From positions 21,328,001 through 21,392,000 of the forward strand of contig OX597827.1 of the NCBI GenBank assembly GCA_951406725.2: a stretch of 64,000 nucleotides of DNA. Direction: 5' to 3'. The notes below the pieces were generated by a model. The model searched no databases. It worked only from the letters and a program-made list of their open reading frames with translations, and was not told the DNA's origin. Positions 38,670 to 48,890 of the stretch are shown here, one piece after another. Source of the DNA: Octopus vulgaris. Taxonomy: Eukaryota. How positions within the stretch are numbered: position 1 is the first letter of the stretch; each line of letters opens with the position of its first letter. A program made the position numbers and the translations under genes.

Positions 38670-40700
38670 ACCCAGTGTTTTGTTGCGTCCATAAAGCGAT
38701 CAGCTTTACAACGCCTGGTCAGAAATCTAATGGCCGTGGGAGGAGAAAAGGCCTCGTGGCCACTTATTGAACACACAGATAAAGGAGAAAGGTCAAGCGC
38801 ACGGGATTGTCTCCCTTAGACTACTATCCAGAATCCACCCAGTCAGCGTTCAAGTCCCAAGATTTCAGTAGGAATGGCCTGAAATGTAAGCAGGGTCTGA
38901 GGACTTCCGTCCTGGAATTTAAGATGTTACCCGGGTTGAGGGCATTATTTAATATCCTTACTCGTTGTGCTATGTATAGCTTGCAACGCTTTCTCCCGTT
39001 GATGTAGGGATCTGGTTTTTCTAGGGTCTTCTATGTGATTACAACTTGAGTAGTTTCGTCATTCAGGCATCACACGAGGCATAACATCTGTCCGGGATCC
39101 TAAACGAGGATTTGTGGTTGGAGAGGCGCTGCTTGAAGGTGTTCCCGGTACAACCAATATATTTTTGAATGCTGCTGTTGGTGTTGGCGTTAACGCTGTT
39201 ACTTCCGCTGTTGTTGGTGCTGGTGTCATTAATCCTGGCTTGGCGGAGTTGATGTTGGTGCTGTCGTCGTTTTTGGGGTCTCTGTTGGTGCTGCTGTAGA
39301 CATCGTCGTTGTTGTTGGAACTGTTGTCGGCGTTCTAGTGGTGGTGGTGGTGGTTATTATTGTTATCATTATTAGCATTATCATTAAGGCGCGTGGCTCA
39401 GTGGTTAGAGCGTCGAGCTTACGATCGTGAGGTTGTGAGCTCGAATCCCGGACCGGGCTGCGTGTTGTGTTCTTGAGCAAGACACTTTATTTCACGTTGC
39501 TCCAGTTCACTCAGCTGTAGAAATGAGTTGCGACGTCACAGGTGCCACGCTGTATCGGCCCTTGCCTTTCCCTTGGACAACATCGGTGACGTGGAGAGGG
39601 GAGGCCGGTATGCATGGGCGACTGCTGGTCTTCCATAAAACAACCTTGCCCAGAATTGTACCTCAGAGGGTATGACCGAAGGGGGGGGGGTCACCATTAG
39701 CATTATCATTAGCCATTTGCTATTTCTGCTAAAATTGCTGCCATTGCCATCATTACTGCCATTCCTGCTGCTGCTGCTGTAGTTGCTGGAAAAGCAGGGT
39801 CAGATACCATCTCAGTCTCGTTAACAACTTCCTTGGTTTCGCATTGGCTTCCCACTGGGCATCTACTTCAGTCCCTGCATAAGCATCCCGCCTCCGCTCT
39901 TGGTCTGGGGGTTTTTAAATACTCATAATATTGGGGGCGCATCTAAAAGAAACTCTTAGGCTGAGACTATTGAATAGGCGTCTGTATCTATTTGATTGTG
40001 TAAAGTGCTTATCTACTGACCTATGGAATGTCCTACCTACGTTTTTACGTTGAGGGTAGAGTAAATATTTCGGCGGCACTTCCTTCAGCGGGTTTTAGGG
40101 CCCGGCATGTATGAGATGCAGTCCTTTAACCCACTAGCAGCTAGGGCCGGGTTATTGTAGGGGGCTGCTACGTCGAAAATTTCTTGGCTAGAGGACAGAT
40201 TCGAGATCCTCTTGCTGTCACCCTTCACCAGGTTTTGGAACATGATGGGTGGGTGACAGGAGGCTGTGTTGGTATATGCCAGCCTCGTTTGGCTTGCGGT
40301 AGGGCTTGTATACACCAGAGCCCAAGTGATGTCTAAGAAGTCTGCGGTGGTGAAGTTGGTCGCGATTGTAATTTTCAGTCCCATGTAGTTAAGGGTGCTA
40401 GTCAGGTCTTTCATAAGACTGTCTAGGGCGTACCCGCTAGCCCCTCTAGGGCGTCATCTCTGTAGAGATCAAAAAGGAGAGGAGAATTTCTACCTTAGGG
40501 TATCCAGGATATACAACCGAGCGAGGTCGCACTCAGCACTATCGTAAGCCCCATTGCCATGCCAAAAGAGCCTACGGAAATGGTTTGCTCGACCAAGGTT
40601 GAACCTTTTTTTAAACAGCACCGTTTTCCTGGTGTGCATAGTGACATCTATGTCTCCAACGCTAAAAATCCACTACGTTGAACTGGGTGAACACTGCTCT
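38670..40700 (-). pseudogene. Decayed Penelope-like retroelement, Naiad-like clade (RT + Cys linker + GIY-YIG endonuclease)
   Basis: Minus-strand fragments in order: MHTRKTVLF, MGAYDSAE..LYILDTL, LYRDDAL, GLKITI..DFLDI, SCHPP..KRISNLSSSQEIF, DKHF..RLFN..VSFRCAPNI, CLCR..CP..C, KYIGCTGNTFKQRLSNHKSSF, PYINGRKRCKL..LNSRTE..PCLH; many stops and frameshifts. Confidence 0.8.
39387..39695 (+). mobile_element. tRNA-derived SINE family D nested in the Penelope-like element
   Basis: A box TGGCTCAGTGG, B-box-like GAGCTCGAATCCC; exact 16-bp TSD ATTAGCATTATCATTA (39371-39386; 39696-39711). Confidence 0.9.
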
Positions 40701-40735
40701 GCCCCTCCCCTTGTTGGTATTAAACCCTATATATA

Positions 40736-41071
40736 GGGAGAGTTTACGAAAAAAACAAAAGACGAAGACAGGTAGTGTACAAAACAAACAGATGTATTAG
40801 TATAACGCTCGGGAATAGAAAAAGTATTTTACGTTTCGAGCCTACGCTCTTCTACAGAAAGGGACACAGAAAAAACAAGGAGAGAAAAAAATGTGTGTAG
40901 TGGCTAATATATATATATATATATATATCGATCTATCATTCGCCATGATAGATCGCTAGCCACTACACACTTTTTCTCTCCTTGTTTCTTTATGTGTTCA
41001 TTTCTGTGGAAGAGCGTAGGCTCGAAACGTAAAAGACATTTTCAATTCCCGAGCGTTATACTAATACATCT
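40736..41071. repeat. Fold-back element carrying a hammerhead-like motif in each arm
   Basis: Arms 40790-40906 and 40957-41071, inner hairpin 40929-40955, (TA)n inside the left arm. Confidence 0.85.
41001..41035 (+). ncRNA. Minimal type-I hammerhead-like motif (A6U variant); mirror copy 40826-40862 on minus
   Basis: UUU CUGUGGA A GAGC-GUAG-GCUC GAAA CG UA AAAG. Confidence 0.55.
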
Positions 41072-41822
41072 ATATATATATAATGATATGTTGAAAAGAT
41101 GCTTATACGATTACAAAATATTTGCGTTTTTAAAGAATAAAAAATATCGGTAAAATCTCCAAACCCGACCTCCTAGGGACGGCTACTTTTAAACTGGTTG
41201 TCCATATCTGTGTGTGCCAACGAGCTACCATTAATAAAGCTGTATGTCACACAAATCGCTTCTGTTGAACCAACAAATGTTTACATAATAACTTGGCGAG
41301 AATGTCACACATTCTGATAAGCAAATATTTCAGTATCGCGTCGTCCCGCTCGACATCGTCGTCGCCATCGCCATCCTCCTCTTCACCACCACCACCGCCA
41401 CCGCCGCCGTCATCGTCATCTTTCTGTCGGCGAGTTTGCATGTTTGACGAGTTCTTTTCAGCATAAAGGCGTCAATGTGTGAAAATATATCAAAGTGAAA
41501 TAGTTAACTCTGAAGAGATTAGTGGTCGTCTGCATCAGTGAAAAGTAAATGCAAACAGCTCACAAAATGAAATAAATTAGTTTGCCGCGATGAAGGGAAG
41601 TCACGGCCAAACTAATGCACCTCATTTTTGTGAACTGGTTGTATTTAAAATATACACTCACCATTCTTGGTGGTGAATGTATATTACGTCACCCACACGC
41701 CACCAAGGAACAACAAGCCAGACGTGTTTTCTTTTTACGATAAACTGTTATCTCAAAGACTACGACTGAGACTTGACAAGTTTCTTTCAACAAATCCAAG
41801 ACATAATCACTAAATATGGCAA

Positions 41823-41878
41823 CGAGCGCTATACCCACCCGAGCGCTATACCCACCCGAGCGCTACACCCACCCGACC
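41823..41878. repeat. 17-bp tandem repeat x3
   Basis: CGAGCGCTATACCCACC repeated three times. Confidence 0.9.
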
Positions 41879-42079
41879 CATCAGCTAAGACCCACATGCT
41901 CGCTGCAAATGTCTTGTTCAGTTCCTGACTCTTTGCAAAACTTTACATTTATGTTGAGGTTTCATATATAACGAGATACTACAAACAAGCATCTCAGAAC
42001 ACATCGAGTTCATTTAAAGAGTTAGTAAAATGATTTAATTCTCAACACGTTATAACCAATGGCGGCTCACTAACATACC

Positions 42080-42309
42080 TATTTCTTTACTACCCACAAG
42101 GGGCTAAACACAGAAGGGACAAACTAGAACAGACATAGTTATTAAGTCGATTATATCGACCCCAGTGCGTAACTGGTACTTATTTTATCGACCCCGAAAG
42201 GATGAAAGGCAAAATCGACTTCGGCGGAATTTGAACTCAGAACGTAACGGCAGACGAAATACGGCTACGCATTTCGCTCGGCGTGCTGACGCTTCTGTCA
42301 GCTCGCCGC
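42080..42309 (-). mobile_element. SINE family A, full length
   Basis: TSD CTCACTAACATACC (42066-42079; 42310-42323). Confidence 0.9.
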
Positions 42310-42379
42310 CTCACTAACATACCATTCGTTTGTCTGTCTCTGGTTTGTTACGACGACAATGATTGCTGTTACTTTGAAA

Positions 42380-42784
42380 GGATATTTTCGGTTTGAACGG
42401 CAGTTTTTTCAAGCGGTGTCATATGAAATTGTCACCCATAATTATGACCCTAGTATCGATCTATTGCATTTCAATCTGTTTTAGGGTTAGGGTGGGGAGA
42501 AGGGTATCTTTTTTTCTTCACAAATGTAAATAAACCCAATCTGTTTCTTAAATGGAGGACATATTCATACGGCACAGAATGCCTTTTTTTTACCTCAATG
42601 GTTGGTTGAAGTTGCAGAAATTGAAGAAGAAAAAACAACAAATATCTTACAAACTATAGAATTTTCTCAATAAAGCCAAGAGAAAAAGATGTTTTATAAA
42701 CACATTCTATCAGTATACGAAGTTAAAAATTTTTTAGTTACCTAGAAATTATGATAAAAACTGCCGTTCAAACCGAAAAGATCC
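42380..42784. mobile_element. MITE with ~29-bp TIRs
   Basis: GGATATTTTCGGTTTGAACGGCAGTTTTT / AAAAACTGCCGTTCAAACCGAAAAGATCC; 8-bp flanks CTTTGAAA and CCTTGAAA. Confidence 0.85.
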
Positions 42785-43078
42785 CCTTGAAACAGCAACG
42801 TGCCGACCACTAAATCAGTACAAATTAAGTAGTGCCTGGGTTTCAAACTCACCTATTTCCTAATAAAAGTCTCCCTTCAGACATCGATCTGCAGAATTTA
42901 AAACTACATTAACCTCATCGAGCGAGGAAAAGGGAGTAACCTATAACTATCTGGGCCCCAAACATATTTGATGTTGTGTTCAAGAGATCTTTATTAATTA
43001 AAATCACGGGCATATGGCGTAGTGGTTAAGAGCGCAGACTACTAACCCCAAGATTCCGAGTTCGATTTCAGGCAGTGA

Positions 43079-43146
<68 letters not shown>

Positions 43147-43203
43147 GCAATAACATCGAAAAATACCTTAAGAATGAGAACCCAGGTTCGAAATTTCCCC
43201 CAA

Positions 43204-43249
43204 GACACCTGATGAAGGCTGGAGGGTATATCAGCCGATATGTTGTGTT
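43204..43249 (+). ncRNA. Minimal type-I hammerhead ribozyme motif (this copy mutated)
   Basis: GACAC CUGAUGA A GGCUG-loop-CAGCC GAUA UG UU GUGUU; three-copy consensus GAAACGUY. Confidence 0.65.
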
Positions 43250-43274
43250 AACAACAAAGAAGATGAGGACAAAA

Positions 43275-43773
43275 GAATACCCTCCATCAGGCATTTGCCA
43301 TATCCTGAACGCCTTACTTCCCTGGGCATGGACACATTGAAACTCCGACGTCTGGCAGCTGACTTGGCAGACACCCATAAAATTATCAACCATCGCACAA
43401 ACAATAACTCTGAGCACCTCTTCAAACTCCAACCATCTAACACCCGTGGACATATTTACAAAGTAAGAAAGCAGCACAGCTCCCATGACTTCAGGAAACA
43501 TTTTTTCACGCTGAGAGTTGCTGAAGCATGGAACAAACTGCCGGCATCGGTTGTTAGTTGTCGGAGCACTGCATCCTTCAAAACTTCCATGCTTCCTGAG
43601 ATTCGCCAACACTACACTTGATTTTCTCCCCTCCATACACACACAAGCATGTATCTGACTCATACACTGTTCACTTTCCAGACATTTCTACATTACTGCA
43701 TGTACTTTATATGCACTTTCTGACAAGTTGTGGTGCACCTGAGCACTGTAAACAATAATTTCATTATTATTAT
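43275..43773 (+). mobile_element. CR1/L2-type LINE 3' fragment
   Basis: PYPERL..L.MDTL..RRL..DL..THKII..TRGH.YK..RKHFF..RV..AWNKLP C-terminal signature and (ATT)n tail. Confidence 0.85.
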
Positions 43774-43927
43774 TAAATATCCGTCAAATGTAAATAAAGT
43801 AAATAATGTAAAATCACACCTGAAGAGGCAGGGGAGACAACTCCGTAATTAAATATTGACTACTGTGGGGGATGACTGACCTTGGGCAAGTATTGAGTGA
43901 ATTCTTCATTAAATTTCATCAGCGTGA

Positions 43928-44250
43928 AGGTGCATCGCTTAGTGGTTAAGATTTTAGTCTTACGATCGTATGGTCGGGAGTTGAATTCTTGGCGGCGTGT
44001 TGTGTCATTGAGCAAGACACTTTATTTCACGTTGCTTCGATCGACTGAGCTGGAAAGCAATGAGTAGTACCTGTATTTCAAAGGGCCAGCCTTGTCACAC
44101 ACTGTGTCATGTTGAATCTCTCCCAAGAACTACGTTAGGGGTGGGCGTGTGTGTGTGGAGTGCTCAGCCATTTGAACGTTAATTTCATGAACAGGCAGTT
44201 CCGTTCATCAGATCAGCTGGAACACTCATCGTCACAAGCGACCGAGGACC
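43928..44250 (+). mobile_element. SINE family D (diverged)
   Basis: tRNA-like head and TTGAGCAAGACACTTTATTTCACGTTGCT shared with 39387; 3' part shared with 52040-52420 (minus). Confidence 0.75.
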
Positions 44251-44656
44251 AGTTAAACCACACCGGCGCAGTTTAGGGTTCGTTCAGTCGTCCAGAAAAG
44301 GTTGGCCAAAGTCCGTGGATCGCGGACGCAGTCATCGCTGAGAGAATTCAAAATCTCAGCAACCTTCATTTTTTAAAGATATTATTCAAATGTTATTAAG
44401 GTTTAGATTTTTATTTAAAAAATTATAAATGATTATATTTTAAATGCAAAAGCAAATCATTCAGAAGGTAATTTAGTGAAAAATCAAAACAATTAGTGCA
44501 AACAATTTTATTGTTTCAAGGTTAACTTTTGTTAAGGGACATAACTCTAGCTGTACACTAACTTTGCTCTCAACTCGTTTATTGTAACGGCAAGGTCGAG
44601 AAACACCTTCCAGTCACAATTCTCTGGTTCACTCTAGACAACGACAACAACAACAA

Positions 44657-44743
<87 letters not shown>

Positions 44744-45274
44744 TAGTAGTAGTATAAATAACTGCTTCATTCAAGTTTTAGGGAAAACTCATCTATTTTG
44801 AGAAGAAAGGGTAAGTCAATTACATCCACTGGTTATATTGACTGGTACTTATATCAACTTCGAGACGGCGAAAGACAAAATCCACCTCGGCGGAACCTGT
44901 ACTCTGAATGTAAAGAGCCGGAAGAAAACGCCGCTAAGCATTTTGTCCGTCGCGCTAATGATTCTACCAGAATAATAAGCACACGTTAAGGAGGTGATAA
45001 AGGAAGGACTATTTAGGGAAGGTGTTGAATCCAAAAAGAGAAATAGGGAGAATGTGGAAATAAGGACATCAAGCTTTGAAAGAAACGAGTAGCTTCTCTC
45101 AGCATTTTTCAAGAACACCAGAAGATAAAGAACGACAAGTACAGCTGGCAACAGGAAATGATACGTTAACTGTTGTGTGAGTTGTTCTCCCCAGGACGCG
45201 TTGTGTTCTTGCAAGACACCAAAATCCGAATTGTGTATTCTAAATATTATCATGGATAAAAGGGAACGAATAAA

Positions 45275-45670
45275 TCTTTATATATAAAAGTGAGGTTGTG
45301 TGCTGTCTGTCTCCTACGATTTAGATTCCTAACTACTCCCACATTTTGCGTTGCAGTTTAACCAAAACCGGGTATCTTATAGTCGTGATTCATATCGAGC
45401 CCTTCTGGGTATTAGCGCGCGTCTACGATGAGTCTACGATTTTAAAAAAATTTACCATCAATTTTTCCCATTTTAATGCATTTTTGGCATATATAAGGGA
45501 AGTAACTCTCTAAAAATTTATTATTAAATCTCAGAACGTAAAAAGCTACAGTAACACCCCCTCCCTTTGTGGTTAACCATATTGAGATGGCTATTATACT
45601 TTACATCTCTAAAAATGCTTATATAGTTATTTCCCTTACAAACCCGAGCAACGCCGGGCGATACTGCTAG
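45275..45670 (+). mobile_element. Non-autonomous Helitron family H1
   Basis: A|TC...CCCGAGCAACGCCGGG hairpin...CTAG|T, no TSD. Confidence 0.85.
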
Positions 45671-45911
45671 TTAATAAATAAACAAGAAAAATCCAACCAC
45701 AAGCTGCTTTACTGTTAACGTATTAAAGGTGTGAAATGTTGTTAGCAAATTGATTCTGATTCCAAAGAAAACCATTTTAGGAATCTTTATGAGAATAACA
45801 CAGACTTTAAGATCAACATCGAAGAATAAGACATCATTGAAAAAATTTTTTTAAATGCAAAAAACAATCAGCGCTTAATCTTTCAGACAAACAATAAAGT
45901 AATGTGATTTG

Positions 45912-46064
45912 CATTATGTACAATTGGCGGATATTTGTCCTCATCTTGTTTGTTGTTAACACGATGTTTTGGCTGATATTCCCTCCAGCCTTCATCAGGT
46001 GTCTTGGGGAAATTTCGAACCTGGGTTCTCATTCCTAAGGTATTTTTCGATGTTGTTTTTATTA
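45912..46064 (-). repeat. Inverted pseudo-LTR-like segment with hammerhead motif (45958-46004) abutting a Penelope RT
   Basis: Minus strand GACAC CUGAUGA A GGCUG..CAGCC AAAA CA UC GUGUU; same family as 43150-43272. Confidence 0.75.
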
Positions 46065-47270
46065 CTCGGAAAAACTGGCAAGCCTTATAAGTGATGTTAG
46101 TTACAGCAAAGTAAAGAAAGACCCTACTTTGAAGACAGAGAGGAAGTTTTCACAGCTCTCGATCAAAAACAAGGATCACTTTACACCAATGAAGTACAGA
46201 CAACTGACTCAACACTACAGTAAATTACCACACATGTACGGTCTTCCTAAGATTCACAAGGATGGTATTCCATTAAGACCTCTAGTGAGCTGTAGAGTTT
46301 CAGCATGCCATCCACAGATCCGCCTCTTTGTGGATGTAATCAATCCATTAGCAGGAAAACAACATCGTACATGAAGAATTCCACCCACTTTACAGAATTG
46401 ATCAAGGACACCCCTATTGAATCCAACCAGATGGTGAGTCTAGATGTGATAAGTCTGTTCACCAAAGTCCCAACTGGTGAAGCACTATCGGTGATTCAAG
46501 AAAAACTAGTGACAGACACCCATCTAAAAGAACGCACTAGTATACCAATAAGAAATTTGATGGAAATGTTGACCTTCTGTATAGAAACTACCTACTTCAG
46601 TATGGACACTGATATATATCGACAAGAAGAGGGTTTAGCTATGGGTTCGCCATTATCACCAATAATAGCCAATATATACATGGAATACTTTGAGAATTTG
46701 GCTTTAGGATCAACACCACTAAAACCAACCCTATGGCTGCGATATGTTGATGACACCTTTATACTCTGGCCCCACCAGGAAGATGTCCAAGTGCTGTTAG
46801 ATCATGTGAACTCAATAAAGCCACCCATACAGTTCACAATGGAAAAAGAAAAAGACAATCAGTTGGCATTCCTGAACGTATTAATAACACGCACCAAGTA
46901 TGGATTCAGGACATCCGTGTACCGCAAGCCGTCCTTCACTGGATGATACCTCAACTTCAACTCCCACCATCTATACAGTGTAAAGAGAGGGATTGCTCAG
47001 TGCCTAAAACATCGCGCAATTAATATAAGTAGCGATCGTGATACCCACCACGAAGAAATGATCAAGCTCAGTAACAATCTATTAAGCAACAACTACCCGA
47101 AAAGCATACTCTCCACTCCAATTAGGAAGAAAAGAGATGATGAAACCGATAAACTGTCCACAGTCTGTCTATCCTATGTGAAAGGCCTCTCCGAAAAGAT
47201 ACAAAAGATATGCGGCCCATATGACATCAGGACAGTATTCAAAAGTAATACAGCACTTCGCAAACATTGA
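46064..47270 (+). pseudogene. Penelope-like retroelement RT (Penelope/Poseidon type), truncated and disrupted
   Basis: YGLPKIHKDGIPLRP, SLDVISLFT.VP, GLAMGSPLSP.IAN.YME, WLRYVDD, IQFTMEKE, VYRKP; one frameshift, an in-frame TGA at 46944-46946, ends before GIY-YIG. Confidence 0.92.
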
Positions 47271-47565
47271 CAAATGCCAAGTTCTTAATTTTGTAAAGTG
47301 CTGAAACTAAAAATAACCAACCCGGATCACAACGCATGCATAAAGTGCTTGTCCTCATCTCTTACTTGTTTCAGTCTTTAGACTGCGGCCATGCTGGGGC
47401 ATCATCTTGAAGACTTTTTCGTCGAATGAATCGAACCCAGCACTTGTTTTTAAAACCTAGTACTTATTCTATCGACTCTCTTTTGTCGAACTGTTATGTT
47501 ACGGGGATTTAAACACACCAACACCGGTTGTCAAGCGGTAGGGGGGCAGGGGATAAGCACACACA

Positions 47566-47629
<64 letters not shown>

Positions 47630-47954
47630 TTAGAAGGTTTGGAGATGATGTACAGGTATTTTATATTAGAAGAAATGAGGTACTCAGAAATTCAGAAATT
47701 CGGATGGTTTTATATTTACAGATATTTATTTGTATATTACATGTTTTTATACATCATATATATCATATATATTCTAGTGGAGTTGTCAAATTGAATTAAG
47801 TTCTTGGAGAAAATTTGACTATTTTTCAAAATGCCGATTTTTGCCAACTTTTTGGCAGATTCGTATTCTCCGTAGCCGAAAACGGGGTTTTGTGTAGAAA
47901 AAAAGGGGGTGTTTTGGGTTGGGAGGTGGGGTGGACAAAAGGAAGTCTTGCCAA

Positions 47955-48122
47955 TAAAATTACAGAAGCTGCGTTTCGAGGTGAATTCAATTGCAATGTG
48001 ACTTTCCGAGGTAGAAGGATAAAAGCCAAGGCTTATGTGCTAAACAATACCAATAATCATTTTGTTACGAGCTGGATGGACAAATTCCATCTCTGGGATT
48101 TACCCATTAACCTCTATTGCAA
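47955..48122 (+). mobile_element. Short Gypsy-type protease-region remnant
   Basis: FRGEFNCNVTFRG..KAKAYVLNNT..W.DKF.LWDLPIN resembles Gypsy polyprotein sequence; short. Confidence 0.45.
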
Positions 48123-48494
48123 AAACGAACAACTTTCTCACCTAGTCATCCCATCAACACCTTTGAACATGTCACCAATTTCTCTTCCCAGGCACATCTT
48201 TTCTCTTCTAAGCTTAAATCCTTTTGTTCCAACAACTTCTTTCCTCAAACAACTGCTCTCTGGAACTCACAATCATTATCTGGTTTCTTTCCGGCGTTTT
48301 TTGAATTTGTGAGTTCCTTTTCGTTATAATCCCTTGCGCCCCACGGTGGTTTCAGACAAAACCATATCGAAAAAAAGAAAAAAATTCTCACTTCATAATG
48401 GTAAAATAAGATCCTGATTTTCTATTTCGAAGACCTTCAAAGCTTTCTGAAATTCTCTGTAATTTCAATGACATTTAAATAGATTATTATTTCT

Positions 48495-48890
48495 ACTCTT
48501 TTACTTGTTTCAGTCATTTGATTGCGGCCATGCTGGAGCACCGCCTTTAATTGAGCAAATAGACCCCAGGAGTTATTCTTTGTAAGCCTAGTACTTATTC
48601 TATCGGTCTCTTTTGCCGAACCTCTAAATTACGGGGTCGTAAAAACACCACCATCGGTTGTCAAATGACGTTGGGGAGACAATCACACACAAACATATAC
48701 ACGCATATATACATATACATATATACGACAGGCTTCTTTCAGTTTCCGTCTACCAAATCCACTCACAAGGCTTTGGTCGGCCCGAGGCTATAGTAGAAGG
48801 CACTTGCCCACGGTGCCACGCAGTGGGACTGAACCCGGAACCATGTGGTTGGTAAGCAAGCTACTTACCACACAGCCATTCCTGCGCCTA
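48495..48890 (-). mobile_element. SINE family B, full length
   Basis: Reverse complement of the 3331-3742 family. Confidence 0.9.

Larger units (their letters stand above)
43006..43812 (+). mobile_element. tRNA head-(AAT)n-hammerhead element, interrupted by a LINE fragment
   Basis: A box TGGCGTAGTGG (~43014), B box GAGTTCGATT (~43057), (AAT)n 43083-43145, hammerhead 43204-43249; body resumes at ~43775 (AAATATCCGTCAAATGTAAATAA). Confidence 0.8.

Noticed and set aside
39388-39462. Functional tRNA gene
   Set aside because: It is the head of a TSD-flanked SINE.
41823-41878. CRISPR-like repeat
   Set aside because: Head-to-tail 17-mer with no spacers, in a eukaryotic context with no cas genes.
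43006-43082. Functional tRNA gene
   Set aside because: No clean acceptor or anticodon stems and no T-run terminator; it continues into a repeat body.
43004-43663. 219-aa minus-strand ORF
   Set aside because: Antisense read-through of a LINE fragment, a repeat body and (TTA)n.
43818-43860. CUGAAGA motif downstream of the tRNA-hammerhead element
   Set aside because: No GAAA partner or convincing stems.
46944-46946. In-frame TGA in the Penelope RT as possible selenocysteine or readthrough
   Set aside because: It falls at the Arg of the usual TGRYL motif (CGA to TGA CpG decay), and the copy is also frameshifted and truncated.
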